Sequence record: SRR20825019_764
Strand: one strand, 5' to 3'
DNA: 44,820 nucleotides
Numbering within the stretch: position 1 is the first letter of the stretch; each line of letters opens with the position of its first letter. A program made the position numbers and the translations under genes. The notes under the pieces were generated by a model. The model was not told the origin of the DNA. It worked only from the letters and a program-made list of their open reading frames with translations, and made no database searches. Positions 26,781 through 37,175 of the stretch are shown here, piece by piece.

Positions 26781-28748
26781 TTAGAACTGCCATGCTACGC
26801 TCAGGCGAATGTCTCGGCCCGGTTCATTTAAGCCTCTGACCCCTTCATAACCGGCAATATGCTCGAAATCACCGACACTGGCGTGATCCAGGTAGTTTTT
26901 GTCAAACACATTTCTGACTGTCAGGGTCAAACGAATATCTTCCGATGCTGATGGCAGCCACTGAGCATAAAAATCGTGTACACCGTAGCCGGGCTTGTCG
27001 ATTTCACCGGCACTGGTCTCGATATTGTCGTTGCCTTTAACAAAACGAGCATTCCAGCCAAAGTTCCATTGTGGGTTCAGCCGATAATCAAGTTGGGCAA
27101 TGAAGGTATCCTGGATCAGGTTGGCAATGCCATTATGGTCGAAGCCATTCGCTTCCAAGCCGTCGACTTCGGCATCGTTGTAGTGGTAGCTGACTCTGGC
27201 CAGGATATTTTCCCACCGACGCCCCAGTTCCAGAATGACACCGTCTGATTCCAGATCACCAATATTTTCAAACAGACGTGGGCCACCGGCAGGATCAGCC
27301 ACGACATCTTCAATTTCACTTCTGTACACCTTGGCTGAACCAAACCAGCTTGTTGATTCATAAGCCACACCAAATTCGGCGTTCTGTGCATCTTCAGGCT
27401 TCAGGTTGGGATCATTGGCAACGAAGTCAATTTTGAATGCATCCTGTGCCTGTGGTCCCTTAAAGGCCTCTGCATAAGAAGCAAAGGCGCTCCAGTTATC
27501 CGTGAAGTGATAGTTAATACCGATATTCGGGCTGACTTCATCTTCATCAAAGTCGTTATCGCCAAACTGGGTTTCCAGCTCATAGTCGTCGTAACGCAGA
27601 CCTGCACTGAGCAACAAGGCATCAGTAAGCTGCATATCGTCCTGAATATAGACGCCTCTCACCTCGGATTCGTCGCTAAACGCTGATTTATCACCATAGG
27701 CGTCACCCCCGGCAATAGTCTCATCTTCACGGTAGTCGATACCGTAGGTCACTTTATGCAGGCCCAGGATAGAGGTATTACGCAGGTCAAAGCCTTTGCT
27801 CTCACCGACACCATAGTAAGGACCGAACCGGCCATTCTGGAACAACTCGGTTTCGGTGTTATACAGGGTCAGAGCCATATCGAGGTATTGATTATCAAGT
27901 GGATTCAACTCGTAATTCAGGGTTACCGTCTCACGCTCAATATCCAGTGGGTACAGCGGATTCCATGAACTCACAATCCACTGTGGACGTTGTGTTCTCT
28001 CCCCCTGATCTTCACGTTTTTCATAGCTCAAACGTACTGTTTGGCTATCGCTGAGATGACCAACGACTTTGGCAAACAGAAAATCCTGATCAAACTTTGT
28101 TCCGGCTACTTCATTACCATCACCATCTTCGTATTCATCCGGGTTGTAATTCGTAGCGGAGACCATGGCACTCCAGTCATCGTTCAGGCGACCAAACAGC
28201 GTGGTATTGGTTTTGAACGAATCGGTATTACTGGAAAACATGCCCTTGACCAGGCCACCGTATTTTTCACTCGGTTTCAGCATATCTTCCGGGTCTTTGG
28301 TGATAAATTTCACTGAGCCACCCAATGCACCAGGGCCTGACAAGGCATTCCCTGCACCGGCATTGACCTCAACCCGTTTCAACAATTCAGGCTCAATACT
28401 GATGCGACCGGCGTGGTGAAACTGGCGAGTGGACTGCTGAGCACCATCAATAGTAATGTTCAACAGTTGGTCTTCCAGACCGCGGATATAGAGTTTCTGC
28501 GCCACATCAGGGCCACCCCCTACCGTCACTTCCGGTGACTGGCTGAACAGGTCTTCCAGATCATTCGCCTGCAGCTTTTCAATCTGTTCTGCATCAACAC
28601 TGTTTAATTCTGGTGTAATCGTGTTACCTGTAACCTGAACGGTATCCAGCACGATAGGCTCGGCAACAGCAGTATTCGCTGCCATAGCGGTTAAAAGTGC
28701 AACAGTGAGAACAGTCGGGCGACTGATGGGGTTAAAGTTCTTGCTCAC
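26781..28748 (-). CDS. TonB-dependent siderophore receptor (FetA/VctA/PeuA-like, probably catecholate)
   Basis: TonB box DTVQVTG, plug YIRGLED..IDGAQQ..HHAGR, NPNLKPE, NVFDKNY, C-terminal WQF; GTG 28748 with GAGG RBS. Confidence 0.88.
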   Translation of the reverse strand: MSKNFNPISRPTVLTVALLTAMAANTAVAEPIVLDTVQVTGNTITPELNSVDAEQIEKLQANDLEDLFSQSPEVTVGGGPDVAQKLYIRGLEDQLLNITIDGAQQSTRQFHHAGRISIEPELLKRVEVNAGAGNALSGPGALGGSVKFITKDPEDMLKPSEKYGGLVKGMFSSNTDSFKTNTTLFGRLNDDWSAMVSATNYNPDEYEDGDGNEVAGTKFDQDFLFAKVVGHLSDSQTVRLSYEKREDQGERTQRPQWIVSSWNPLYPLDIERETVTLNYELNPLDNQYLDMALTLYNTETELFQNGRFGPYYGVGESKGFDLRNTSILGLHKVTYGIDYREDETIAGGDAYGDKSAFSDESEVRGVYIQDDMQLTDALLLSAGLRYDDYELETQFGDNDFDEDEVSPNIGINYHFTDNWSAFASYAEAFKGPQAQDAFKIDFVANDPNLKPEDAQNAEFGVAYESTSWFGSAKVYRSEIEDVVADPAGGPRLFENIGDLESDGVILELGRRWENILARVSYHYNDAEVDGLEANGFDHNGIANLIQDTFIAQLDYRLNPQWNFGWNARFVKGNDNIETSAGEIDKPGYGVHDFYAQWLPSASEDIRLTLTVRNVFDKNYLDHASVGDFEHIAGYEGVRGLNEPGRDIRLSVAWQF

Positions 28749-28757
28749 AACGACCTC

Positions 28758-28776
28758 GTTAATAATAATCATTATC
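28758..28776. promoter_or_regulatory. Fur box
   Basis: GTTAATAATAATCATTATC, 17/19 to consensus, adjacent to the receptor RBS. Confidence 0.85.
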
Positions 28777-28866
28777 AAATAAAACAAGATCGCATTCTAA
28801 TCAGCATACAATTGAAATGAAACGACTTTTACAATTGTTACATGATGGTCACCAAATCCAGATTTG

Positions 28867-30219
28867 TTAGTTGGCAGCCATAGGGGCAGGTAAGCTAATG
28901 GTCATCCTCAGCCCTTTTGTTTCGATATTGCTCGCTTTCAGCTTGCCGCCCACCGCTTCAACCTGACGCTTGGCAAGCGATAGACCGATACCAAAGCCGT
29001 GATACTGGTGCCGGCTGGCACGGCCAAGTCGAAAGAAAGGTTTGAAAATATCATCCAGATACTTGGCTGCAATACCCGGCCCTTGATCATCTATATCAAT
29101 CCGATACTGCTGAGCAACAGATCGTAAACTCACTGTCACTGTGCCCCCTTCAGGGGTGTGAGTAAGGGCATTACGAATGATATTTTCAATCGCATGCCCC
29201 AACGCCCGATCACTGCTGTGTGTTAACAGTGCATGTTCAGGCAGTTTGAGTTCGATTCGGTGCTCAGGAAACTCAAAGCGGGCATCATCAACAATACTGT
29301 CAATCAGATCGGTCAGATCCAGTTCGTCAGTCTGCAATTCAGGCTGTTCGTTCTCCAGCCAGGCCAGGCTGAGCGTGTCCTCAACCAAATTCCGCATCTG
29401 CTGACATTCTTCCCTGATTCGCCGCAAAGGTTTGCTATTCGGTGAGTGCTGTTCAGCCCAGTTGAGCGCTAGTTCAATCCGCGTCAGAGGGGTTCGCAAT
29501 TCATGGGACAAATCGGAAGTCAGGTGTCGCTGACTCTGAATGAGATTGCCAATCCGTTCAGCCATACCATCAAAGGTTTCTGCCAACGCGGTGATTTCAT
29601 CATTACGTGCGCCCAGACTGTTTCTGAGCCGGACATCAAAATTGCCCTGGCTGAACTGTTGAGTGGCACGTTCGAGTTGTCTTAGTGGTGACATCACATG
29701 ACGATAGATGATGATACTGATCATTGCCATCAGCAGCATGGGCAAAGCAATCTGTAGCAGCAGATTGGTTTCCAGCCAGTAGGTCCCGGGCCGCATTCGT
29801 TGCGGTAAGGTAATTAGAAAATGGGTTCGTCCATCGGCAAAAATGAGATCCATGACCGGATTAGTTTTGAAATAGAGATGGATTTTCCAGTCAATGCTGC
29901 GGCCCAGACGAAACCGTTGTTTGAAGTCTTCTGACAACACACTGCCCGCAATCGTCTGAATCTCTGGCTGCACAACGGCTACCCAGGTATCTTCTTTGTC
30001 ACGAAGTGTCTGTAACCAGTCCTTAAGGCCGGCTTTGTCTCCGTTTAAATATAGCTGCTCAGCTTTAGCGGCATAATGGTGTAAAGTTTGTTGATGCGCC
30101 TCATCGATGAAGCTCATATGCTGCTCAGTTTTATTAACAAGAATGTGGATCAGCCAGAAAAGGAGGACTGTGCCGGCAACGATAATCGCGCTCAGCTTCC
30201 ACAAGAGGCGCCGCTTCAT
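28867..30219 (-). CDS. sensor histidine kinase (PfeS/PeuS-like)
   Basis: Two TM segments, HAMP, SHELRTPL, NIIRNA, DQGPG, GFGIGL. Confidence 0.9.
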   Translation of the reverse strand: MKRRLLWKLSAIIVAGTVLLFWLIHILVNKTEQHMSFIDEAHQQTLHHYAAKAEQLYLNGDKAGLKDWLQTLRDKEDTWVAVVQPEIQTIAGSVLSEDFKQRFRLGRSIDWKIHLYFKTNPVMDLIFADGRTHFLITLPQRMRPGTYWLETNLLLQIALPMLLMAMISIIIYRHVMSPLRQLERATQQFSQGNFDVRLRNSLGARNDEITALAETFDGMAERIGNLIQSQRHLTSDLSHELRTPLTRIELALNWAEQHSPNSKPLRRIREECQQMRNLVEDTLSLAWLENEQPELQTDELDLTDLIDSIVDDARFEFPEHRIELKLPEHALLTHSSDRALGHAIENIIRNALTHTPEGGTVTVSLRSVAQQYRIDIDDQGPGIAAKYLDDIFKPFFRLGRASRHQYHGFGIGLSLAKRQVEAVGGKLKASNIETKGLRMTISLPAPMAAN

Positions 30220-30908
30220 AACAGCAGATAGCCAGTGCCATGCACTGTTTGTAACCGGTCTGCCGGCATGCCTGCTGCTGTCAATTTCCGCCGCACCCGG
30301 CTCATATGCATATCAAGACTGCGATCATAACGACTGAATTCACGTTCCAGCACCAATTGATACAAAGCAGGTTTGCTGAGCGTTTGATTCGGATGCTGCA
30401 TCAGCGTCCAAAGCAGCTTGAACTGGATCGGCGTGAACGTCACCTTTTTGCCATCAAACATCACTTGCTGTTTATCTTTATCGATTTGCAGCCCTGCGCG
30501 TGTCAGTCTGGCCGGGTTCCCCTCCGGTCTGGTCTGCGAGAGCGAGCGCCGGAGGATAGCTTCAATACGAAGTAGCAGTTCTGTCAGGTTGAAGGGTTTT
30601 GACAGGTAATCATCGGCACCGTTACGTAAGCCGGTAATCCGCTCCTCTTCTGCGCCATGCGCGGTCAGCATCATCACTGGTGTGGTACGGCTTTGTCGCA
30701 ACGTTTTCAGCACGGCATAGCCATTCTTTTCTGGTAGCGCCACATCAAGCAGGATCAAGTCAAAATGCGCTTTCATCGCCATCAATAACCCCTGCTCGCC
30801 ATTGAACGACTGGCTGATGTCGAATTCTGCAGCCTCTAACAGCTGCTTCAACTGATCACTCAGTTTGCTGTCGTCTTCAATGATGAGAATACGTGCTTTT
30901 TTATCCAA
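30216..30908 (-). CDS. OmpR family response regulator (PfeR/PeuR-like)
   Basis: IIEDD, LLDVALP, GADDYLSKPF, DMHMSRVRRKL, TVHGTGY. Confidence 0.92.
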   Translation of the reverse strand: MDKKARILIIEDDSKLSDQLKQLLEAAEFDISQSFNGEQGLLMAMKAHFDLILLDVALPEKNGYAVLKTLRQSRTTPVMMLTAHGAEEERITGLRNGADDYLSKPFNLTELLLRIEAILRRSLSQTRPEGNPARLTRAGLQIDKDKQQVMFDGKKVTFTPIQFKLLWTLMQHPNQTLSKPALYQLVLEREFSRYDRSLDMHMSRVRRKLTAAGMPADRLQTVHGTGYLLL

Positions 30909-30937
30909 GTTTTCGTCCCTGCGCCACTATAACAAAT

Positions 30938-30956
30938 ACGAATGATTCACATTTAT
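30938..30956. promoter_or_regulatory. possible Fur box upstream of the response regulator
   Basis: Minus strand ATAAATGTGAATCATTCGT with AATG-NN-AATCATT core, 11/19. Confidence 0.4.
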
Positions 30957-31000
30957 GATAAAAGTTCTGGCGCCAAAAATAAACACTAAACTGAGAGGCA

Positions 31001-31040
31001 AAAAAAAGCAGCTGAGCGGATAAACCGGTCAGCTGCTTTT
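31001..31040 (-). terminator. intrinsic terminator after mucD
   Basis: AAAAGCAGCTGA...TCAGCTGCTTTT with a long T tract on the minus strand. Confidence 0.85.
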
Positions 31041-31059
31041 GAGCGAGAGAAATGCTTAT

Positions 31060-32493
31060 CTATTTTTCGATTTTCAAGGCCAGGAATTGTGATTGCCCTG
31101 AGCGTTGAACCAGTACCGGAATCGGTTTACCTACCGGCAACTCCTTGGCTAATTCAACAAACTGATGTGCATCTTTGATATCAACATTATTCAGACTCAA
31201 AATCACATCACCTGGACGAATACCGGCATTAATTGCAGGACCTTTTTCCACTTTCATGACCACAACACCACCTGATTCAACATCCAGTTTTTCGCGTTGT
31301 TCAGGTCTGATCTCAGCCACTTCCAATGACAGGTTCTCTGCAACAAAACGGCCCGGTTTACTACCAGTAGCGGCGAGTTCCTCATCTTCGGGCAGTTCTT
31401 CAATAGTGACGCCCAGTGTGGTGCGTTTGTTATCACGCATAACGATAACATCGACCTCTTTACCGACCATAGTACGGCCTACAATCGGCGGCAGATCGGA
31501 AGAAGTTTCAACGTCTTTTCCGTCAAACTTCAGAATGACGTCACCGGCTTTAAAGCCAGCTTCGGCTGCAGGGCTGTCTGAGACAACACGCGATACCAGT
31601 GCCCCTTTGGGCTTGTTGAGACCAAAGGACTCAGCCAGTTCACGGGTCACATCCTGAATCACCACACCAAGCCAGCCTCGGCTGACATAGCCCTGGTCTT
31701 TGATTTGTGCGACCACATTCATCACAGTATCGATCGGAATAGCAAATGACACGCCCATAAAGCCACCAGTGCGGCTGTAAATCTGGGAATTGATGCCGAT
31801 CACTTCACCATCAAGGTTGAACAGGGGGCCGCCAGAATTACCCGGGTTGATCGCCACATCAGTTTGGATGAACGGTACATAACTGTCGCTTGGGAGGCTG
31901 CGTCCCAACGCACTGACAATACCGGCAGTGGCAGAGTAATCAAAGCCGAATGGTGAACCGATAGCCAGAACCCATTCGCCCACTTGTAAATCATTGGAGT
32001 CACCCAGCTTGACTGATTTGAGCCCAGTTGCATCGACCTTCAGCAGGGCCACATCACTGCGTTCGTCACTACCCAGCAGTTCTGCTTCCAGTTCAGTGCG
32101 ATCACTGAAACGGACAATGATTTCTTCGGCATCTCTGATAACGTGGTGATTAGTCAGGATAAAGCCATCAGATGACAGCACAAAACCGGAACCCAGGGAT
32201 TCACTTTCCCTTGGTGAAGGCATACCACCGCCGGGAGGCATGCCTGGCATACCGTCAAAAAATTTCTTGAAGAACTCGTCTATACTAGAGCCTTCAGGGA
32301 TTTCCATACCCGGTGGCAACATAGAGCTTGCTGACTGATCCACTTTGTTACGGGTACTGATATTGACAACGGCATCGCCGTTTTCAGCAACCAATTCGGT
32401 GAATTCAGGCAGGGCGCGAGCTTGTACATTGAAGCTCAGCATCAACCAAGCCGTCAGCATCATCACTGCTGTCCAGGTTTTGGTATATCTCAT
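31060..32493 (-). CDS. mucD: HtrA/Do family periplasmic serine protease (MucD/DegP)
   Basis: LGSGF, TNHHV, INPGNSGGPL, two PDZ domains; last gene of the rpoE operon. Confidence 0.92.
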   Translation of the reverse strand: MRYTKTWTAVMMLTAWLMLSFNVQARALPEFTELVAENGDAVVNISTRNKVDQSASSMLPPGMEIPEGSSIDEFFKKFFDGMPGMPPGGGMPSPRESESLGSGFVLSSDGFILTNHHVIRDAEEIIVRFSDRTELEAELLGSDERSDVALLKVDATGLKSVKLGDSNDLQVGEWVLAIGSPFGFDYSATAGIVSALGRSLPSDSYVPFIQTDVAINPGNSGGPLFNLDGEVIGINSQIYSRTGGFMGVSFAIPIDTVMNVVAQIKDQGYVSRGWLGVVIQDVTRELAESFGLNKPKGALVSRVVSDSPAAEAGFKAGDVILKFDGKDVETSSDLPPIVGRTMVGKEVDVIVMRDNKRTTLGVTIEELPEDEELAATGSKPGRFVAENLSLEVAEIRPEQREKLDVESGGVVVMKVEKGPAINAGIRPGDVILSLNNVDIKDAHQFVELAKELPVGKPIPVLVQRSGQSQFLALKIEK

Positions 32494-32915
32494 TGGTATT
32501 CCTCTATTGTTTGAACACGGATGCCGGGGTTCTTATCATTCATCTGTCGCTTGACCCAGAAAAAGCCGGCACACAGTCCTAGTAGACCAGCCGTAATTTG
32601 AGCCAGTTCCCCTGCGCCGATCATTCTTGTCAGAGCCGCCGCTGAGAACAAGACTAACAGCGGGACCAGATACATCAGTAAAGCACCGGTAAGTAATGCC
32701 TCCTCAGGGATGGAAACCATGACCTGTTGGCCGACTTTCAAATCCAAATCGGTATTGACAGCCAGACGGGAAAAACGCCGACCGACATGCTTGGCAAGTA
32801 AACCGGTACCACAGCCTTTACGTGCCTGACATTGTCCGCAGGTTGATTGACGCTCTGCTTCAACCCAGACCAGTCTGCCGTCACGACTGATCACCGTGGC
32901 CTGCTGTTCAATCAT
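32490..32915 (-). CDS. rseC: RseC/MucC family protein
   Basis: STCGQCQARKGCG, C-terminal TM segments. Confidence 0.92.
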   Translation of the reverse strand: MIEQQATVISRDGRLVWVEAERQSTCGQCQARKGCGTGLLAKHVGRRFSRLAVNTDLDLKVGQQVMVSIPEEALLTGALLMYLVPLLVLFSAAALTRMIGAGELAQITAGLLGLCAGFFWVKRQMNDKNPGIRVQTIEEYQ

Positions 32916-33898
32916 TGCCTGGCTTCCGCAAAGGCAATACTGTTGCCGATTTTCTCGACCGTCTGGGCTGGAACCTCACCGACGACAGTGACAAAATGCG
33001 CCTGCATGATGGTGCCGAAGGCATTGATAGCACCGACATGAGAACCACCTCGAAGATGGCTGTGACGCGCTCTGATTTTTTCAATGAAGACAGACACTGA
33101 ACTCAGGCCATCACTGTAGACACGTTGTTCGACATCAGCACCGTTATTGGCTCTGAGACGGGTCTGATACGCTACCTGGGAAAAACCATCCGGCAGCCAG
33201 GAGGGTCGCCAGTGATGTTCCTGACTGTGGCTGGCTGCATCCAGCGGCTTTTCCGGTTCGCTACGGTGCCAGGTCATTTCCTCTCCGGCCATTTGCGATT
33301 TGAACTTGTGCTCGGGAATATGCACATCAGTGTCAATGGATGAGAAAGTGAATGTTTCCAGCACACCGCCATCAGTGCCGACCAGTTCAGATTTGAGTAA
33401 CAAATGCGTGTCGGCATCAACCCATAACCGGTAACCGTAGCGATATTCATCCACCGGCGTAATGACCAGTTCCTGCGCCTTGCGTCCGGCAATCCGGTCC
33501 ATTTCACCCAGATTGACGTCATAATAGGGCGTAGCCGAATTCAGTCTTCTGGGTAAATCACTGGGGAAGCCACGGCCGAGCGGACGACGACTGACATTGA
33601 CCTGCTTACCCTCGGGGTTAATGCAAGTCACCATATCGTTACTTCGGATCACCTCACGGGCTTCACCATTGAGAGAGATTAGACGCTCCAGTTCACCGCG
33701 GGCATCAGCACGATGATAGATGCGGATCGACTGCATGTTTTTACCGGACTGGTAGGCAAAAACACCTTCATATGTCAGCGTTTTCGCTGCCTCGGTCATG
33801 CGTTCCAGCATCTTCAGGGCTTCATCATTGTCGGCAGCTGTGACCAGGACGGGCAGACAGAGACTGGCCCCCAACAGGGCGTGAAGCAGAAAACGCAT
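32912..33898 (-). CDS. rseB: sigma-E regulatory protein RseB/MucB
   Basis: YEGVF, DEYRYGY, WLPDGF, YSDGLSSVSVFIE. Confidence 0.93.
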   Translation of the reverse strand: MRFLLHALLGASLCLPVLVTAADNDEALKMLERMTEAAKTLTYEGVFAYQSGKNMQSIRIYHRADARGELERLISLNGEAREVIRSNDMVTCINPEGKQVNVSRRPLGRGFPSDLPRRLNSATPYYDVNLGEMDRIAGRKAQELVITPVDEYRYGYRLWVDADTHLLLKSELVGTDGGVLETFTFSSIDTDVHIPEHKFKSQMAGEEMTWHRSEPEKPLDAASHSQEHHWRPSWLPDGFSQVAYQTRLRANNGADVEQRVYSDGLSSVSVFIEKIRARHSHLRGGSHVGAINAFGTIMQAHFVTVVGEVPAQTVEKIGNSIAFAEARQ

Positions 33899-33904
33899 CA
33901 GCCT

Positions 33905-34462
33905 CTACTCCTCGCCGTATGAAACGACACGGGCATAGGAAAACAAACCGGACGCGCCAGCATATTCGTTATGGTCAACCAGGTAGTTGTTCAAGCGGTC
34001 TTCCACTTCCTGCTCACCCACCGTCCAACGATTCGGAGAGGCCACCACGACTGCTTGTGCCTCAACAGGAGCAGCCTGAGCCAGTTCCGGCGTAACATCG
34101 GTTTGCGGCTGATTCAGAACACCAATAACGGCTAGCGCACCGATTGAAGCGGCCGCCGCAAGGCCTGCCGTTTGTTTCCAGAACCAGTCAGGCAGCGTCA
34201 GCACACTGGCTTTTTTGCCTGACTTCGCGGTTAGCTGATGAACCGGCTCATCGGCCAGTGCCGCACTGATACGGGCGCTAAAATCAACAGGCTGACTGCG
34301 ATTGGTATACCCCCGTAAAACGTCACTGGAAAGTTGATATCTTTGATAATCTGCTCTGGCATTGTCATTCGTGCTCATCAGCGCCAGTAGTTCATCCAGC
34401 TCCTGCGAGTTAAGTTCACCATCGACAAATGCTGACAGTAATTCATGTTGCTTGGCTGTCAT
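33905..34462 (-). CDS. rseA: anti-sigma-E factor RseA/MucA
   Basis: LSAFVDGEL, single TM helix, LNNYLVDH. Confidence 0.9.
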   Translation of the reverse strand: MTAKQHELLSAFVDGELNSQELDELLALMSTNDNARADYQRYQLSSDVLRGYTNRSQPVDFSARISAALADEPVHQLTAKSGKKASVLTLPDWFWKQTAGLAAAASIGALAVIGVLNQPQTDVTPELAQAAPVEAQAVVVASPNRWTVGEQEVEDRLNNYLVDHNEYAGASGLFSYARVVSYGEE

Positions 34463-35040
34463 TGTTGTTCCTCTCCACCCATCACTGCTTTGACCTGCTT
34501 ATCTATTGCCTCTCTGGCGCGAAAGATACGTGATCGTACCGTACCTATAGGACAATCCATTGCCTGCGCTATTTCCTCATAACTCAGGCCATCAAACTCC
34601 CGCAGCTTGATAGCCGTTGCCGTGTCTTCAGGTAAATCCTGAATGGCCTGATGAATCGCTTGTTGCAACTCATCACTCATGAGACTGCTTTCAGGCGTCT
34701 CAAATTCCTTCAATTCCGGTGCATCATAATAAATCGTTGCATCCATCGCATCGACGTCCGTCACTGGAGGCCGTCTCGATGCCGCTGTCAGGTAGTTCTT
34801 GGACGTGTTGATAGCGATACGATACAGCCATGTGTAGAACGCACTATCTCCTCTGAATCCGGGTAAAGCGCGATACGCTTTAATAAACGCTTCCTGCGCG
34901 ACATCCATGGCTTCAACCGGGTCATGCACAAATCCGGTAATGACATGGATAATTCGCTGTTGATATTTCATAATCAACAAGTCAAACGCTTTTTTATCCC
35001 CTGCCTGTACGCGTCGTACTAGCTCTTGATCTGCATTCAT
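34459..35040 (-). CDS. rpoE: RNA polymerase sigma factor RpoE/AlgU
   Basis: DVAQEAFIKAYRAL, FYTWLYRIAINT, CPIGTVRSRIFRARE. Confidence 0.97.
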   Translation of the reverse strand: MNADQELVRRVQAGDKKAFDLLIMKYQQRIIHVITGFVHDPVEAMDVAQEAFIKAYRALPGFRGDSAFYTWLYRIAINTSKNYLTAASRRPPVTDVDAMDATIYYDAPELKEFETPESSLMSDELQQAIHQAIQDLPEDTATAIKLREFDGLSYEEIAQAMDCPIGTVRSRIFRAREAIDKQVKAVMGGEEQQ

Positions 35041-35093
35041 CCTATCTTCCGGCTATTATCGACACGACAGTGCACGCTTTTAAATTCTGCTTG

Positions 35094-35121
35094 ATTGACC
35101 ATGTCGATTTAACTTTGTTCC
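35094..35121 (-). promoter_or_regulatory. sigma-E-type autoregulatory promoter (GGAACAA-N16-TCAAT)
   Basis: Resembles the GAACTT-N16-TCNAA consensus, about 55 bp upstream of rpoE. Confidence 0.6.
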
Positions 35122-35170
35122 ATATTGTGTGCAAAATAAAATTCTATCTATTGTACCTGTATCGAGCCTT

Positions 35171-36784
35171 ATGACCACAACTGAGCATTTTGACATTCTG
35201 ATAATCGGCAGCGGCACCGCTGGACTGACACTCGCCCTGCATATGGCGGACCAGGCCAGTGTCGCAGTTATCTCGAAAGGACAGCTGGATGAGGGCGCCT
35301 CGCTCTATGCTCAGGGCGGCATCTCAGTGGTGCTGGACAAGACTGACTCTATTCAGTCGCATATCGATGATACGCTTCGCGCCGGTGCCGGCCTTTGTGA
35401 CGAACAAGCGGTTCGATATACCGTCGAACATGCCCGCGAAAATATCGAATGGCTGATTGAACAGGGCGTCTCTTTTACCCGCGATGGCATGACAGCGGAA
35501 ACCTACCATCTGACACAGGAAGGCGGTCATAGCCACCGTCGTATTATCCACTCGGCTGATGCCACGGGTCGTGAGGTAGAAACCACTTTATTATCAAAGG
35601 CACAGGCACACCCCAATATCACGCTGTTTCCTTATCATATCGGCATTGATCTCATCACCAGCAATAAACAACTCAGGCAATCCCCCAATCGCTCTCTGGG
35701 TTGCTACGTACTCGACATAAAAAATGACGAGACTAAAACTTTTCTGGCGCCGGTCACAGTGCTGGCTACCGGTGGTGCCGGTAAGGTTTATCTCTATACC
35801 AGTAACCCGGATGTCTCAACCGGCGATGGCATTGCCATGGGCTGGCGCGCTGGCTGCCGGGTAGCCAATATGGAATTTGTCCAGTTCCACCCCACCTGCC
35901 TGTTCCACCCTAAAGCTAAATCTTTTCTGATCAGCGAAGCACTGCGGGGTGAGGGCGCCCGGTTACTTTTAGCCAACGGGGAGCGGTTTATGCCGCGTTT
36001 CCATCCACAGGCTGAATTGGCACCGCGTGATGTCGTTGCCAGAGCCATAGACCATGAGATGAAACGGCTGGGGCATGACTGCGTTTATCTTGATATCTCT
36101 CACAAACCGGCGACATTCATCAAAAGCCACTTCCCAACTATTTATCAACGCTGTCTGGTTTACGGCATCGATATGACCCGTGAGCCGGTGCCAGTGGTGC
36201 CGGCCGCTCACTATACCTGCGGTGGCATCATGACCGACCTGCATGGTCGAACCGATATTCCCGGTCTCTACGCTGTTGGGGAAACCGCCCATACCGGTCT
36301 GCATGGTGCCAACCGGATGGCCAGTAACTCCTTACTGGAATGCCTGGTATTCGCCCGCGCTGCGGCAGATGACATCAAACAGCAGGTGCTGAGGCCTGTT
36401 ACGGCCAGTATTCCGTCCTGGGATGCCAGCCAGGTAGAACCGGCCAAAGAAGCCATCTCAATCAGTCACAACTGGGATGAGCTGCGTCGCTTCATGTGGG
36501 ATTATGTGGGCATTGTCCGTTCCACACATCGGCTTAACAAAGCCCGTCAGCGACTATTGTTGCTGAAGCAGGAAATCAGAGACTATTATGCGCAGCACCA
36601 TATCAGCAGTGATCTGCTTGAGTTGCGTAATCTGGCCGATGTCGCCGAACTCATCATTTTTTCCGCGCTGATGCGAAAAGAAAGCCGTGGATTGCATTAC
36701 ACACTGGATTATCCCGACACCGATAACAGCAAGCCACCACAGGAAACCATTATCAATCCCAGGATGCAGGATCACGCAGCCTGA
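35171..36784 (+). CDS. nadB: L-aspartate oxidase
   Basis: IIGSGTAG, AQGGI, EGGHSHRR, QFHPT, HGANRMASNSLLE; divergent from rpoE. Confidence 0.96.
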   Translation: MTTTEHFDILIIGSGTAGLTLALHMADQASVAVISKGQLDEGASLYAQGGISVVLDKTDSIQSHIDDTLRAGAGLCDEQAVRYTVEHARENIEWLIEQGVSFTRDGMTAETYHLTQEGGHSHRRIIHSADATGREVETTLLSKAQAHPNITLFPYHIGIDLITSNKQLRQSPNRSLGCYVLDIKNDETKTFLAPVTVLATGGAGKVYLYTSNPDVSTGDGIAMGWRAGCRVANMEFVQFHPTCLFHPKAKSFLISEALRGEGARLLLANGERFMPRFHPQAELAPRDVVARAIDHEMKRLGHDCVYLDISHKPATFIKSHFPTIYQRCLVYGIDMTREPVPVVPAAHYTCGGIMTDLHGRTDIPGLYAVGETAHTGLHGANRMASNSLLECLVFARAAADDIKQQVLRPVTASIPSWDASQVEPAKEAISISHNWDELRRFMWDYVGIVRSTHRLNKARQRLLLLKQEIRDYYAQHHISSDLLELRNLADVAELIIFSALMRKESRGLHYTLDYPDTDNSKPPQETIINPRMQDHAA

Positions 36785-37175
36785 CGCGAAGCCGACGCCA
36801 GTTATCGGCATCCACAGCATCAAAGGGAATGAGTACGGACTTAGCGATAAAGCCATTCAAAGGCCTGAAATAAATGGCTATCAGCGGCCCCATTATCACA
36901 CTGCTTTTGAGTCGTATAGGTCCCTGCACCCTGCCCTCTTGGTCCGTCATAAACCAGAACCCGTCATCATCAACCCATAAGCTTTCGACCTGAGGCCGTT
37001 GAGCCATCCAGCCATAACAACGGCTGTAATAAACCAGACTGCCAATGATCAGCAAGGAGACAAAAGCCTCGAACATCAGGCTCAAACCAATCTGACTGAT
37101 CAAAAGCAATGCCGATACATGCATCAGCAGGAGGTAAACCATCAACAAGCGCGATCGTTGCAGCGTGATTTTCAT
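36753..37175 (-). CDS. ygfX: YgfX/CptA family inner membrane protein
   Basis: Two N-terminal TM segments, C-terminal DAVDADNWRRLRVRL; position between nadB and ygfZ. Confidence 0.8.
   Translation of the reverse strand: MKITLQRSRLLMVYLLLMHVSALLLISQIGLSLMFEAFVSLLIIGSLVYYSRCYGWMAQRPQVESLWVDDDGFWFMTDQEGRVQGPIRLKSSVIMGPLIAIYFRPLNGFIAKSVLIPFDAVDADNWRRLRVRLRDPASWD

Noticed and set aside
31175-31657. 160-aa ORF antisense to mucD, and similar shadow ORFs over rlmD, era, typA and pdxJ
   Set aside because: Opposite-strand frames of well-conserved genes with no independent signals.
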